This document shows, piece by piece, positions 46,478 to 55,344 of a stretch of DNA of 64,000 nucleotides. Location: the sequence record PV467749.1, one strand, 5' to 3'. The stretch is from a phage. The notes under the pieces were generated by a model. The model was not told the DNA's origin. It ran no database searches and saw nothing but the letters and a program-made list of their open reading frames with translations. How positions within the stretch are numbered: the stretch's first letter is position 1; each line of letters opens with the position of its first letter. The position numbers and the translations under genes are program-made.

Positions 46478-47007
46478 GAGTTCTCACGAAGTTCTACCAT
46501 TTCTTTCCATACTAAATGGTAATCTTCTAAGTCCAGATAGAAGTCTTCATTTAAGTGCTCATATAAGTACTTGTACATGAATAGTACACCTAAATTGTAT
46601 TCAGTAGTAAGCAATGATTGTTGGAAGTAGTTTTCTTCATTTAGTTCTATATCCATGAACTCAAATCTACCTAGACCTTTTAATGTACGTATCTCAACAT
46701 GTGAAGTATCTGTTTTACTGAAGCACATGAATCCACCTCTAAATTCGGGATCATATTCACATTCATACTGTCCACTGTTATTATAGAAATCTCTATTACC
46801 ATCCTTATCTTTTGGCTTAACAACTGATACGTGAAGGTCGTCATCTTTGTACATTGTACGTTCTGGCGTTTTCACACATTTTAACTTATTTTCTTTAATG
46901 TACTTGATAATATCAATTATATCTTGTGCAGTACTGATTGCTGCCTCGAACGTATCCAACTTAAGATGATTGTATAGAGTTCCCTCGTTCTTTATTTTAT
47001 CTAACAT
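46474..47007 (-). CDS. FQ-motif family protein
   Basis: 177 aa from ATG 47007 (GAGG RBS); LNEENYFQQSLLT; FYLDLEDY. Confidence 0.7.
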   Translation of the reverse strand: MLDKIKNEGTLYNHLKLDTFEAAISTAQDIIDIIKYIKENKLKCVKTPERTMYKDDDLHVSVVKPKDKDGNRDFYNNSGQYECEYDPEFRGGFMCFSKTDTSHVEIRTLKGLGRFEFMDIELNEENYFQQSLLTTEYNLGVLFMYKYLYEHLNEDFYLDLEDYHLVWKEMVELRENS

Positions 47008-47014
47008 ACTAACC

Positions 47015-47353
47015 TCATAGTTCATACATCTTTGATTTGAATTGCATTGGTCCACCAACTTCACATGGATAATTTTCCATAATACGATTCAAAAGTATCT
47101 GGTACTGTTGTAGTACTTCAATTTCCAAATGTATACTACTATCCAGTACTAATGACTCCTGAAACAATTCACCTGTATCTAAACCTGAAAAATCATTTAT
47201 AGTTAGCATTGGCTTATCATTTGTACGCAATGTAAATGATTCCTCATTTCGGATTAATGTACAGAATTCATTATGTTTTCTGTTATAATTCATTTTAACT
47301 AATAATAACTTAGTGTGAGTTGCGTACATTATTTTTACTAATTCAGTCTTCAT
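47015..47353 (-). CDS. FQ-motif family protein (short form)
   Basis: 112 aa; LDTGELFQESLVLD. Confidence 0.7.
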   Translation of the reverse strand: MKTELVKIMYATHTKLLLVKMNYNRKHNEFCTLIRNEESFTLRTNDKPMLTINDFSGLDTGELFQESLVLDSSIHLEIEVLQQYQILLNRIMENYPCEVGGPMQFKSKMYEL

Positions 47354-47702
47354 AACGGAATAAAATTCTCCTGTACTGCTCCGGCTTAGTACTCAATCTC
47401 TTCACCGGATAATTGTCGAAGATCCTTTTCATTTCTTTCTGGATTAAACAAAGAAAATCAAAATCACAATAGTATTTTTTATCCCATACTAAACTTTCTT
47501 GAAATAACTCATCTTCTTGCATTAGCGTAGTATCAATCGTATCTTCACGTGTATTTGAGTACGCTTCATGACATTGAAATCCATCTTCTGACAATTCTAA
47601 TGTATATGCCGCCATTTCAAACATATCATCATTTGTCTTTAACGAAAGTAAACAACAAACGTATTTTTTCGTTGTGTAGTACGTAATACTAATGGTATTC
47701 AT
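47343..47702 (-). CDS. FQ-motif family protein (short form)
   Basis: 119 aa; MQEDELFQESLVWDKKY. Confidence 0.7.
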   Translation of the reverse strand: MNTISITYYTTKKYVCCLLSLKTNDDMFEMAAYTLELSEDGFQCHEAYSNTREDTIDTTLMQEDELFQESLVWDKKYYCDFDFLCLIQKEMKRIFDNYPVKRLSTKPEQYRRILFRYED

Positions 47703-47707
47703 GGCAT

Positions 47708-48310
47708 TTAAACCTCAGTATAAAGCTTACAATAGCTTTCATCGAAATCAAAAATACTTCTCAAGAACTGACAAAGGTCAGTAAAAATATTTACATTTGC
47801 TATATACACATTATCAAATTCTGTTCTTTCGAAGAATGTATGCATAGAATTTGTAATATATCTCATTGCAGATTCACGCTGCATTGTTATATCATTTGTG
47901 AACATCGCATCTTCATCAGTACTGACTAATTCAATATCAAATGATTGCATATATGGGATACTCTTCCCTAGTGCAAAGCTATCACCGTATGATGCTTCAA
48001 CTGCACCTTTAGAATACACCAATTGATATAAGTCCGAAATAGGGTTATAAAAAGTACGACATATTGATGAACATAATTTATTATCTATCCAAAAGAAAAC
48101 CCTATTTGTATTACCGTCAAATGCTATACGCAATCCATCACCATCTAACGATATATCACCATCGAGATTAAAAGAGAACTGAACTAATGCTTTTTCTAAG
48201 TCCATTCTTTTGTGATAAATGATTTCTTGCATATAGATAATATCATTTACTAATTTCTTAAAATACAAATGAACCTCAGTACTACAACATTTATTTGCAT
48301 TTAATAACAT
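47708..48310 (-). CDS. FQ-motif family protein (degenerate motif)
   Basis: 200 aa; STDEDAMFTNDIT. Confidence 0.6.
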   Translation of the reverse strand: MLLNANKCCSTEVHLYFKKLVNDIIYMQEIIYHKRMDLEKALVQFSFNLDGDISLDGDGLRIAFDGNTNRVFFWIDNKLCSSICRTFYNPISDLYQLVYSKGAVEASYGDSFALGKSIPYMQSFDIELVSTDEDAMFTNDITMQRESAMRYITNSMHTFFERTEFDNVYIANVNIFTDLCQFLRSIFDFDESYCKLYTEV

Positions 48311-48855
48311 AGTAGTTCCTTATACATTGCGTGTATTCTTTCAATATCTCTGTAATAACTCATATCTTCACGAGTATCATTAAAAATAGTAACACTGAAT
48401 ATATTAATACTAATTGAACTATTATCAATGTACTCTTTTAATTTATTATAAAGATATATACATTTAGTAGATGTATCATCCCACATAAGACTATTTTGAA
48501 AGATGTTTTCTTCTGTATTAGGATATAAGTACTGGTCAATATTGTACTCCAATGAACTATCACAGTTTTTATATACAGAAATAGATGGAAAATTTTTATT
48601 GTACATAATACTAATAACATTATCATTGTATGTAGAAATTAAACTGGTACTGGATGCTACACTTTCATCATAATTCAGTACTGAAATTCTTGCATTATCT
48701 GTGCAGTACAGATGTTTCATTCCACCTCTCATAGCCATAGTAAGAAATTTATCAGTGAACCATATTCCTTTTGTTTTCAGTATAGTTTCATGCATAAGAT
48801 AAGTTTCAATGAAGATTTTTACACGCTCAAATGCTAAGTCAAGTTCATTGTACAT
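48301..48855 (-). CDS. FQ-motif family protein
   Basis: 184 aa from ATG 48855 (AAGGA RBS); NTEENIFQNSLMWD. Confidence 0.7.
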   Translation of the reverse strand: MYNELDLAFERVKIFIETYLMHETILKTKGIWFTDKFLTMAMRGGMKHLYCTDNARISVLNYDESVASSTSLISTYNDNVISIMYNKNFPSISVYKNCDSSLEYNIDQYLYPNTEENIFQNSLMWDDTSTKCIYLYNKLKEYIDNSSISINIFSVTIFNDTREDMSYYRDIERIHAMYKELLCY

Positions 48856-49036
48856 AACGGATATCCTTCTGTAAAGAATCAATATATTCTTTAACAACTT
48901 GTTCCTGATACTGTGTGCCCAAATACATCAGTACTTTTAACTCTTTGAATTCAGTACTATATGAGTCGGTTTGCATCATTTTAGAAGAATATATATTGAA
49001 TAGTTTGGCAATATCATCTTGGTCTATTATTTTCAT
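48845..49036 (-). CDS. LGT-Q motif small protein (family C)
   Basis: 63 aa; MKIIDQDDIAKLF...LMYLGTQYQEQVVKEYIDSL. Confidence 0.6.
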   Translation of the reverse strand: MKIIDQDDIAKLFNIYSSKMMQTDSYSTEFKELKVLMYLGTQYQEQVVKEYIDSLQKDIRYVQ

Positions 49037-49241
49037 ATATTCTCTTCTGGATTAGTTCCTGTAAGTGCTGAATATAACCCTTCATTGCAACATCCTGTTT
49101 GTTAGAGCCAACGAAGAACAATAGCTTAAAGTCATGGTAATCCATTTTTGGTTTAGTAGTGAACCATATGTCCCACACTGCCCTCACAGTTCTCATGTAT
49201 TCAATTCGATTAAATGTTTTTGAATACTTCATCGAAATCAA
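49014..49241 (-). CDS. LGT-Q motif small protein (family C, divergent)
   Basis: 75 aa; LLFFVGSNKQDVAMKGYIQHL. Confidence 0.55.
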   Translation of the reverse strand: MISMKYSKTFNRIEYMRTVRAVWDIWFTTKPKMDYHDFKLLFFVGSNKQDVAMKGYIQHLQELIQKRIYENNRPR

Positions 49242-49743
49242 CCTTTAATAAATTGATATTTAAATTACTGTTAAATGCCATCTGCAATTCCATATAGAAC
49301 TGAATAATAGCATAGTCAGGATCAGTACAAGATAGTTGAAAGCACTGTTCTTCAAATGAATTGTAATTGTACTTAGGAATATTAATAGTACGATATAACT
49401 CTGGATAACCCCATATCATAGTGTACACGTCAATTTCAGTACACTTTTTCTTAAAAGTCATCTGTCGAATAGTTTCAGATCTGGATTCAAGGTATACAAC
49501 ATTCTTATGAACGGCTGAACCAATTGAAAGCAATGATGTATCAATGACGTGTTTCTCACGTATCTCACACTTCTGGAATGCACCATTCCCTTGTAGAAGT
49601 TTATGGAAATCGTACTTCTCACTAATAACTGTACTAGGATCAATTAATCCAGTACTGCATTTTTTCAGTACTGGTACGATAGTGCGAATTTTTTTTGATA
49701 AATCTTGTAATGCATCATAATCATTAATGTTAATTTTTCTCAA
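49210..49743 (-). CDS. FQ-motif family protein
   Basis: 177 aa; NSFEEQCFQLSCTD. Confidence 0.7.
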   Translation of the reverse strand: MRKININDYDALQDLSKKIRTIVPVLKKCSTGLIDPSTVISEKYDFHKLLQGNGAFQKCEIREKHVIDTSLLSIGSAVHKNVVYLESRSETIRQMTFKKKCTEIDVYTMIWGYPELYRTINIPKYNYNSFEEQCFQLSCTDPDYAIIQFYMELQMAFNSNLNINLLKVDFDEVFKNI

Positions 49744-50185
49744 AGGATGCCTCTTCTATAGTAACGAAATCAACTAACCTATCCAGATTTTCAGTGTCAA
49801 GATAAAATACATCCAGTACTGACTTCTGATATAGTACACTAAATGTACATAGATTGTCAAGTGTTCCTTCATTATAAACAGTACTTCCCTGGAAGTACCC
49901 TTCTTCTGTACTCAGAGATAAAATATCAGAAATTTTAAAAGATTCTTCATTCTCATGACGCTCTATCGTAACTTCATCATATTTTCTGTTCAATGAAATA
50001 TAATCGTATGCTAACTCAATTAGACTATAATTATCCGCATTAGTATCAAATAAAGAATCAATTGTAATCTTCGTGCCATTAGAAACTTCTCTTCGTTCAT
50101 CATCTACGTATTCAGGATTTTCTTTGAAGAACTTAACAACTTTTAGAATATCATTTGCTTTCTTGATTGCACTTTCGTAACTCAT
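49730..50185 (-). CDS. FQ-motif family protein
   Basis: 151 aa; LSTEEGYFQGSTVY (EEGYFQGS encoded at 49883-49906); FYLDTENL. Confidence 0.7.
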   Translation of the reverse strand: MSYESAIKKANDILKVVKFFKENPEYVDDERREVSNGTKITIDSLFDTNADNYSLIELAYDYISLNRKYDEVTIERHENEESFKISDILSLSTEEGYFQGSTVYNEGTLDNLCTFSVLYQKSVLDVFYLDTENLDRLVDFVTIEEASFEKN

Positions 50186-50624
50186 TTTTTCTGGACTCCA
50201 TATATATTACCTGATTTAGTTCATATACATAATCTAAATCAATGAATATAGAATTATTAAAGTTCTCTTGCAGGAATGCATTAAAAACTACTAAAGCTCT
50301 TAACGCCCCATTTGGGTATATAGTACTGTACTGGAAGTAAGCATCTTCTGAATTTAAAAATAGTACTTCTTCTTCTGTGAATTCAAAATATTTTCCACCT
50401 TCCTCTATATAATAGAAAGTTCCAGAATCCCATACGAAGTACTTGAATTCCAAATCATAATCATGGGACTCGTACTTATATTCATTACCTAATCCTAGAA
50501 TATCTGTACCAACACTTATAGTACTAATATATGCCCCTTTATAGTCTAAGTACTTTACATTATTTTGAAAGAACTTTACTATATTAACTAATTCCTCAGC
50601 GTGCTTAAGATCACTTTCGTACAT
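50151..50624 (-). CDS. FQ-motif family protein
   Basis: 157 aa; LNSEDAYFQYSTIY; IFIDLDYV. Confidence 0.7.
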   Translation of the reverse strand: MYESDLKHAEELVNIVKFFQNNVKYLDYKGAYISTISVGTDILGLGNEYKYESHDYDLEFKYFVWDSGTFYYIEEGGKYFEFTEEEVLFLNSEDAYFQYSTIYPNGALRALVVFNAFLQENFNNSIFIDLDYVYELNQVIYMESRKNELRKCNQESK

Positions 50625-50938
50625 TATATTTCAATCTCTATATATTTTTGGGTAATTAAGTAATCCCAGTAGTACTTCACATGTTTTTGTATCTCAAGTA
50701 AAGCATAAAAATTAATTCTCTTATCCCATACAAGTGATTCCTGAAAAATAAATGATTCATGATCATCTCTGTAATCACATTCAAGGAAGTCAGGAAGATA
50801 ATCACAATCGTGAAGATATTCAATCATTAAAGATTCATTACATCTTCTAACGGCAAGGTGCTGGAAATTATCATGATCGAAGAAATACATTAAACTAATT
50901 GTACCTGGAATGTACTGAATACTGTATAATAATTTCAT
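50624..50938 (-). CDS. FQ-motif family protein (short form)
   Basis: 104 aa; DDHESFIFQESLVWDKR. Confidence 0.7.
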   Translation of the reverse strand: MKLLYSIQYIPGTISLMYFFDHDNFQHLAVRRCNESLMIEYLHDCDYLPDFLECDYRDDHESFIFQESLVWDKRINFYALLEIQKHVKYYWDYLITQKYIEIEI

Positions 50939-51378
50939 CGTTTACCCTTATGTTCGGCACGTACATATTCATAATCCAAATAAAACCTTGTACTATCAAT
51001 ACTTTTAAAGTACCACATAATAACTAAAGTATCTAGTACTTCATCATCATACAAAGTACTATTCTGAAAGTAATACTCTTCACTATCCCACGGACCTTTC
51101 AGTACTTCAAAGTTCAATTTTAAAGGTCTGCTGCGATTATAAAAACGGATTTCACCACCATAAGCATAACTGATAAATTCTGCATCTGGATTGTATTGTG
51201 AAAAATCTGCGGGACTTTTGGAATTCAGCCCAAGAATAACTGTAGTTGTGGTAAAATCACTATCCTTGTAGTAGTTACCATTCTCGGCTTTGTATACTTC
51301 TTCGAACTTCCCAGCCTTAATATCTTCAATATATGCCTGTAGTTCTTTTGCTTTATCAAGAGCACTTTGTAATGACAT
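50935..51378 (-). CDS. FQ-motif family protein (GPW subgroup)
   Basis: 147 aa; MSLQSALDKAKEL...GPWDSEEYYFQNSTLY...FYLDYEYV. Confidence 0.75.
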   Translation of the reverse strand: MSLQSALDKAKELQAYIEDIKAGKFEEVYKAENGNYYKDSDFTTTTVILGLNSKSPADFSQYNPDAEFISYAYGGEIRFYNRSRPLKLNFEVLKGPWDSEEYYFQNSTLYDDEVLDTLVIMWYFKSIDSTRFYLDYEYVRAEHKGKR

Positions 51379-51844
51379 TATCTTCCCCTACAGTATTCTC
51401 TACGTATTCATAATCGAAATAGAAACTATCAGAACCAATACTTTTAAAGTACCACATAATTACAATAACATCTAATTCTTCTTCATTGTACACAGTACTG
51501 TTCTGGAAGTAATATTCTTCACTATCCCACGGACCTTCTAGTACTGAATACGGAATGATTGTGTCATAATCATCGTAATCAGGGCTGTAAATTATAATAT
51601 CTTCATCTCTACAATAACTAATGTACTGATTGTACATATGATATTCACAGTCATCAGTATCACCCGTATCAGTGTGTAGTACTAACGTTTCTGCATGTAT
51701 CTCTGACTCATCATAATCGTCGCGGTCTTTTACAAAAAATTCAGTATCAGATGTTTTATACACACCAGGCACTGAACCTTCTTGTACCATAATCATGTAC
51801 TCATGAATCTTCTTTGCTTCTTTCAATGCACTTTCTAATGACAT
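51356..51844 (-). CDS. FQ-motif family protein (GPW subgroup)
   Basis: 162 aa; MSLESALKEAKKI...GPWDSEEYYFQNSTVY...FYFDYEYV. Confidence 0.75.
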   Translation of the reverse strand: MSLESALKEAKKIHEYMIMVQEGSVPGVYKTSDTEFFVKDRDDYDESEIHAETLVLHTDTGDTDDCEYHMYNQYISYCRDEDIIIYSPDYDDYDTIIPYSVLEGPWDSEEYYFQNSTVYNEEELDVIVIMWYFKSIGSDSFYFDYEYVENTVGEDNVITKCS

Positions 51845-51846
51845 TA

Positions 51847-52287
51847 CTAATCCCCTGTACTTAAATATTCACATGCTCCCCAGTCAAGGAAGAAGGGTTC
51901 AAAATTCAATTCCTTAAAGTACCACAAAACAACCAAGGAATCAAGCATTTCTTGGTTAAAAATAAGACTCTGTTGGAAGTAATACTCTTCAGTACCCCAC
52001 GGTCCATCAAGTACCCCGAAGTCAACAGGTGTATTTGATGTGTCAAAAGTAATCTTAGTACCTGGAATATATACAAAAAAACTAGTATATTGACTACATG
52101 AAGAGTACTGTATAGTATTGTCTTTATCATGGCCCATAAGTAAAATATCATCAGAGTATGTCTTTATACCTGATAGATAATACTCATTACCAAATGCACT
52201 TACTTTATCACCATAGAAACCACTTTTTATGTTATCGTGGAAGTGATGTATTTTGTGTGCCAGTTTAAGTGCACTTGCTAAACTCAT
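51847..52287 (-). CDS. FQ-motif family protein (GPW subgroup)
   Basis: 146 aa; MSLASALKLAHKI...GPWGTEEYYFQQSLIF...FFLDWG. Confidence 0.75.
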   Translation of the reverse strand: MSLASALKLAHKIHHFHDNIKSGFYGDKVSAFGNEYYLSGIKTYSDDILLMGHDKDNTIQYSSCSQYTSFFVYIPGTKITFDTSNTPVDFGVLDGPWGTEEYYFQQSLIFNQEMLDSLVVLWYFKELNFEPFFLDWGACEYLSTGD

Positions 52288-52754
52288 ATATCCTCTTTAA
52301 TAACTCGTAGTAGATCCAAGTCCAGATAGAAGCTAGGACAATCGGTATTATTAAAGTACCACAGAATGACAAGCTTGTCAAGCACATATTCCTCGTAGAT
52401 AGTATTCTGCTGGAAGTAGAACTCTTCACTTCCCCAGTCATTATCCAGTACTGAATACGGAAGATGTTTCTCTGCTGCACCAGTTTTAATGTCAGTATCT
52501 TGTATTAAAATATCAGCATCACGACAGAAGTACATGTAATTATCTTCCAGATTAACAACACACCCATTGAGTGTTGTTTCAGAAGAATCTAAGTTTTCTT
52601 CATACATGTGAATGTACTCACTACTGTCATCGTATATCATTCGACAATAAGCTTTACCTTCCTTGAATAGATACCCATTGAGACGATTGAGTACTATTTC
52701 CTTTTTACATAAATCAATTAACTTAGCAATTTCTAATGCTCTTGCAAAACTCAT
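52284..52754 (-). CDS. FQ-motif family protein (GPW subgroup)
   Basis: 156 aa; MSFARALEIAKLI...NDWGSEEFYFQQNTIY...FYLDLDLL. Confidence 0.75.
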   Translation of the reverse strand: MSFARALEIAKLIDLCKKEIVLNRLNGYLFKEGKAYCRMIYDDSSEYIHMYEENLDSSETTLNGCVVNLEDNYMYFCRDADILIQDTDIKTGAAEKHLPYSVLDNDWGSEEFYFQQNTIYEEYVLDKLVILWYFNNTDCPSFYLDLDLLRVIKEDI

Positions 52755-52755
52755 A

Positions 52756-52941
52756 TCAACTCCTGTGTTGTGTCTTGATATAATCTCGGTAAACCATGTG
52801 AATATTAGCTATATACAATTCACTAATATCATATGTACCGAAGTACATGTCATTCCTAATGCTGTTGTTATGTCTAATATCAATTACGAATCGTCGAAGT
52901 ATTGTATTCATGAATGATTCCATTTGTTCTTTTTTATTCAT
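52756..52941 (-). CDS. small hypothetical protein (possibly a divergent family C member)
   Basis: 61 aa; fills the gap exactly, with an ATGA overlap upstream. Confidence 0.5.
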   Translation of the reverse strand: MNKKEQMESFMNTILRRFVIDIRHNNSIRNDMYFGTYDISELYIANIHMVYRDYIKTQHRS

Positions 52942-53282
52942 AGCTTAAAACGATACCTATCTTTGGAATCAGTCTCTATACAGATTCTTCTATATTCTTT
53001 CATCTTCTGTTGGAGTTCAATAACTTCCTCTAGTGTACACAAGTACTTCTTGTCAAATATTAATGACTCTTGAAATATTTCAGCCTCACCCTGTACAGTT
53101 GTATAGTCTTTCATATTTTCTACAACTGTTCCTTTGGACTGATAATCAATTAAGCTAAAGTAAGAACCATTAAATTTAATGTACTGATCCATTTTGTGTT
53201 CATAATCACCTTTGTTAAGATTGCAATACACTTCCAGTGAAGTACTAATCTTAGGTATAAACATAGAAAAATCATATGTCAT
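52938..53282 (-). CDS. FQ-motif family protein (short form)
   Basis: 114 aa; CNLNKGDYEH...VQGEAEIFQESLIFDKKYLCTLEEV. Confidence 0.75.
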   Translation of the reverse strand: MTYDFSMFIPKISTSLEVYCNLNKGDYEHKMDQYIKFNGSYFSLIDYQSKGTVVENMKDYTTVQGEAEIFQESLIFDKKYLCTLEEVIELQQKMKEYRRICIETDSKDRYRFKL

Positions 53283-53638
53283 TATGTAATTCCTATATTG
53301 AATTTGTATTCTTGATTAATACTTACATTGGATGTATTCAAAGCAGCATACTCTTTCATTTCATTTTGTATTGTAATAACTTCTTCAAATGTACACAAGT
53401 ACTTCTTATCAAATACTAATGCAGCTTGGAATAGTTCAGCGGCATCCATTACTGTATAATCCGGCATATCTTGATGTGGATACTGTAATGAATCGTAATC
53501 AATAAATGTAAATTTACCCTGAGTGTAATGAATATACTCATTTGCACTGTGCATTAAATCACCTTTGTTTAAATTACAAAAGTACTGAAAACTGTTCTTA
53601 AAAGAATGTACTGATATTACAAAATCAAATTCCATCAC
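53282..53638 (-). CDS. FQ-motif family protein (short form)
   Basis: 118 aa; CNLNKGDLMH...VMDAAELFQAALVFDKKYLCTFEEV. Confidence 0.75.
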   Translation of the reverse strand: MMEFDFVISVHSFKNSFQYFCNLNKGDLMHSANEYIHYTQGKFTFIDYDSLQYPHQDMPDYTVMDAAELFQAALVFDKKYLCTFEEVITIQNEMKEYAALNTSNVSINQEYKFNIGIT

Positions 53639-54012
53639 TCTTCCCCTAGATTGAAATGATTACTAAAATTAGTTTCACCAGTTTTACACCATTTATCTAT
53701 ACATTCCCTGTGAATGCATTTAATTCTACGCTGGATTTCAACAATCTCTTCTAATGTACAGATGTACTTCTTGTCAAATACTAATGACTCCTGAAATAGT
53801 GCAGCATCATCCATTAAGGTATAGTCCAGCATATCGGTTGCTTTACAACTAAATCCAGTACCAAGATCCATTAAATAAAATTGTGAATTCCAGAACTTTA
53901 TAACCTTGCCCCTTGTGTAGTTTAAATCACCTTTGTACAAATTACAACACGTAATCAACTCACCCGTGTACATCCATGTCCCTATACAAAATTCATTATA
54001 TTTTATTTCCAT
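53635..54012 (-). CDS. FQ-motif family protein (short form)
   Basis: Track start is TTG 54048; ATG 54012 gives 125 aa, collinear with its two neighbours; LMDDAALFQESLVFDKKYICTLEEI. Confidence 0.7.
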   Translation of the reverse strand: MEIKYNEFCIGTWMYTGELITCCNLYKGDLNYTRGKVIKFWNSQFYLMDLGTGFSCKATDMLDYTLMDDAALFQESLVFDKKYICTLEEIVEIQRRIKCIHRECIDKWCKTGETNFSNHFNLGEE

Positions 54013-54210
54013 AATAATCTCTACTGTAATTAATAAGGTAAACTCCAATATAAGGAGAACGTTTGCGGGGGCGGGGTATTTTTTGTTTCAGGAAACATGA
54101 ACTGTACTCTGTGAACACATTTTAAAACTTTATATTAAACATATACCTTAACATGTTTTTCAGCGAAAATTTTTTTGACCCCCCCAGCGGCCTGTGAAAA
54201 CGAAACGTCT

Positions 54211-54426
54211 CTATTTATTCAGCCTAGAAATCTTGATTTCTTCAATCCTTTTCATTGCACAAAGCCTTCGACTCGTCTTCTCGTATATATTCAATACTCG
54301 TTGTACTGCATTATCTGCATCTGCAATCTGAACCAAATATGTATCCTTCAAAATCGAATCCATCATGTATTCAAAACCTTTCACACTATAGCAATATACC
54401 ACTTCCGGCTCTTCAAACGTAATCAT
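54211..54426 (-). CDS. small hypothetical protein
   Basis: 71-aa ORF. Confidence 0.5.
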   Translation of the reverse strand: MITFEEPEVVYCYSVKGFEYMMDSILKDTYLVQIADADNAVQRVLNIYEKTSRRLCAMKRIEEIKISRLNK

Positions 54427-54616
54427 AATTCCAATCCCCTATCCCATCTAACCTTCTAAGATATCTTGCGTAAATTATTTCGAAATATCTGTGCAACGAA
54501 ATTACGGATTGCTCATAATCATCATTCCTGTACATTGTGCATGTAAGAAAATCATTTAAACCGTAATCTAAACTGCACTTGAACTTCTCCTTTGCAACAT
54601 CTCTAAAATTATCCAT
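54413..54616 (-). CDS. small hypothetical protein
   Basis: 67-aa ORF. Confidence 0.5.
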   Translation of the reverse strand: MDNFRDVAKEKFKCSLDYGLNDFLTCTMYRNDDYEQSVISLHRYFEIIYARYLRRLDGIGDWNYDYV

Positions 54617-54770
54617 AATATGTCCTCTGCACAGCGTAGGTGTACTGTGAACTCAGCACCGTTAATAGGTAATCTATGTTGTAAGCACGATTTCCTCGTT
54701 GACTAGCACGGCTAGAATAAAGAATATTATCCACATATGTATCGAACTGTTCTTCAAATAACTCTTTCAT
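54609..54770 (-). CDS. possible small protein (53 aa), below the ORF-track cutoff
   Basis: MKELFEEQFDTYVDNILYSS...; ATGGATAA overlap with the next start; AAGGGTG upstream. Confidence 0.4.
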   Translation of the reverse strand: MKELFEEQFDTYVDNILYSSRASQRGNRAYNIDYLLTVLSSQYTYAVQRTYYG

Positions 54771-54779
54771 CAGCACCCT

Positions 54780-55334
54780 TTAGCACCCTTTAACAACTTT
54801 TGAAATGTAATCTTCTAATGCACCAATGTTCTTTGTATTCGTTCGAACTAAAAGATAACTTAAATCCTCGAACTCCTGAACATAATGCTTAACAGCGTAC
54901 ATGCATCGTAATTCAAAATCTGTATGAACCGTTTTGTACTGAAATAACATCTCTTCTGAAGCCTCTAAAAGCTCTGTGGCTTGTTCTGTACTGAACTTAA
55001 AGGGATTCTGTACTCCTGAACTAAAACACTTTTGTTCGTTCGTCTGGACACCCTGTGATAGATATAATCCTGTGCTACCATCTTGTGTTGATATCGAATT
55101 GAAACCATTACTTGCAACCATTAAATCTGAACTCAATACAAATAATAATTTATCTTCCTTATGAATTAATAAATCTGACTTCAGGGATTTTATTCCTGTA
55201 CTGGTTATATCACCTATACTAAGATTGTCACTGAACTTCTCAGCGTTGTTCGCAATGCTCTGGACAAGATTTTTTAATCTCTTAATGGCACTTCTGTCTT
55301 TTTCTAATGTATCTAATAAACTCATTGAACTCAT
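54780..55334 (-). CDS. FQ-motif family protein
   Basis: 184 aa from ATG 55334 (AAGGAAAG RBS); MSSMSLLDTLEKD...EASEEMLFQYKTVH. Confidence 0.7.
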   Translation of the reverse strand: MSSMSLLDTLEKDRSAIKRLKNLVQSIANNAEKFSDNLSIGDITSTGIKSLKSDLLIHKEDKLLFVLSSDLMVASNGFNSISTQDGSTGLYLSQGVQTNEQKCFSSGVQNPFKFSTEQATELLEASEEMLFQYKTVHTDFELRCMYAVKHYVQEFEDLSYLLVRTNTKNIGALEDYISKVVKGC

Positions 55335-55344
55335 TGTACTTTCC

